DNA of 64,000 nucleotides from an uncultured Oscillospiraceae bacterium (GTDB lineage Bacteria; Bacillota; Clostridia; Oscillospirales; Oscillospiraceae): NCBI GenBank assembly GCA_963557105.1, contig CAUWCX010000008.1, positions 143 to 64,142 of the forward strand, read 5' to 3'. Shown piece by piece: positions 63,982 to 64,000 of this stretch (position 1 is its first letter; each line of letters starts with the position of its first letter). The notes under the pieces were generated by a model. It saw only the letters and a program-made list of their open reading frames with translations, ran no database searches and was not told where the DNA came from. The position numbers and the translations under genes were made by a program.

Positions 63982-64000
63982 GAGTTGCACTCCGCTTCGC

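Noticed and set aside
1-64000. CRISPR arrays, cas genes, rRNA genes
   Set aside because: No regularly spaced short direct repeats and no rRNA-like conserved stretches were seen. The repeats found are promoter/terminator duplications, att sites and the inverted-repeat element.
63955-64000. Possible start of another copy of the inverted-repeat element at the window end (..TTTTTTGAGTTGCAC..)
   Set aside because: It shares only a GAGTT plus A/T-run flavour with the hairpin at 41214-41243. That is too short, and it is cut off by the window edge.

Overview
The window is GC-rich Firmicutes/Clostridia-type DNA. An Oscillospiraceae-like host is my inference from protein flavour and composition only; nothing was searched.

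The left half (1 to about 35.6 kb) is a patchwork of mobile DNA:
- (a) An ICE fragment: the 5' part of a VirD4-like coupling protein gene plus a start-less Toprim fragment.
- (b) A PBSX/HK97-like prophage late module on the minus strand, running terS > terL > portal > protease > capsid > connectors > sheath > tube > tail-assembly chaperone. The chaperone has a textbook A_AAA_AAC -1 frameshift site. The module stops abruptly, with no tape measure, baseplate or lysis genes. Two tandem type-I toxin/antisense-RNA-like cassettes sit inside the head-tail connector genes.
- (c) A ~10.3 kb AT-rich island (11.89-22.1 kb) carrying a tightly coupled five-gene minus-strand operon: an XRE HTH protein, then 519-aa, 682-aa and 342-aa proteins, then a 1755-aa DEAH helicase with several zinc ribbons and a DUF1998/MrfA-type C-terminal Cys cluster.
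- (d) An ICE-like module (sigma-70 factor plus partners) ending in a truncated AAA-type ATPase gene.
- (e) A lysogeny module with duplicated repressor/promoter units, many small membrane peptides, a stand-alone HsdR_N-like nuclease, hicAB flanked by 37-bp perfect repeats, and a tyrosine integrase next to tRNA-Pro.
- (f) Two tRNA-Ser genes, followed by a 2.7 kb integrase island bounded by 17-bp direct repeats. It carries a membrane-anchored Mrr-type nuclease.

The AT-rich operon in (c) is my top candidate for the undescribed system. The large helicase is DruE-like (Druantia), but I cannot recognise the three partner proteins, and the island has no methyltransferase or PLD gene.

The right half (35.6-64 kb) looks like ordinary chromosome:
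- kdpE and a kdpD-like kinase, trkH/trkA, asnA
- a ~640 bp nested inverted-repeat (MITE-like) element
- pepD, pepF and an Opp-like peptide ABC transporter with oversized components
- an M29 aminopeptidase, a VanY-like carboxypeptidase and an NSS transporter
- a frameshifted PLD/cardiolipin-synthase-like gene, a TetR regulator and a P-type Ca2+-type ATPase

I saw no CRISPR array and no rRNA. Many very long ORFs in the track are antisense artefacts of GC-rich coding DNA.
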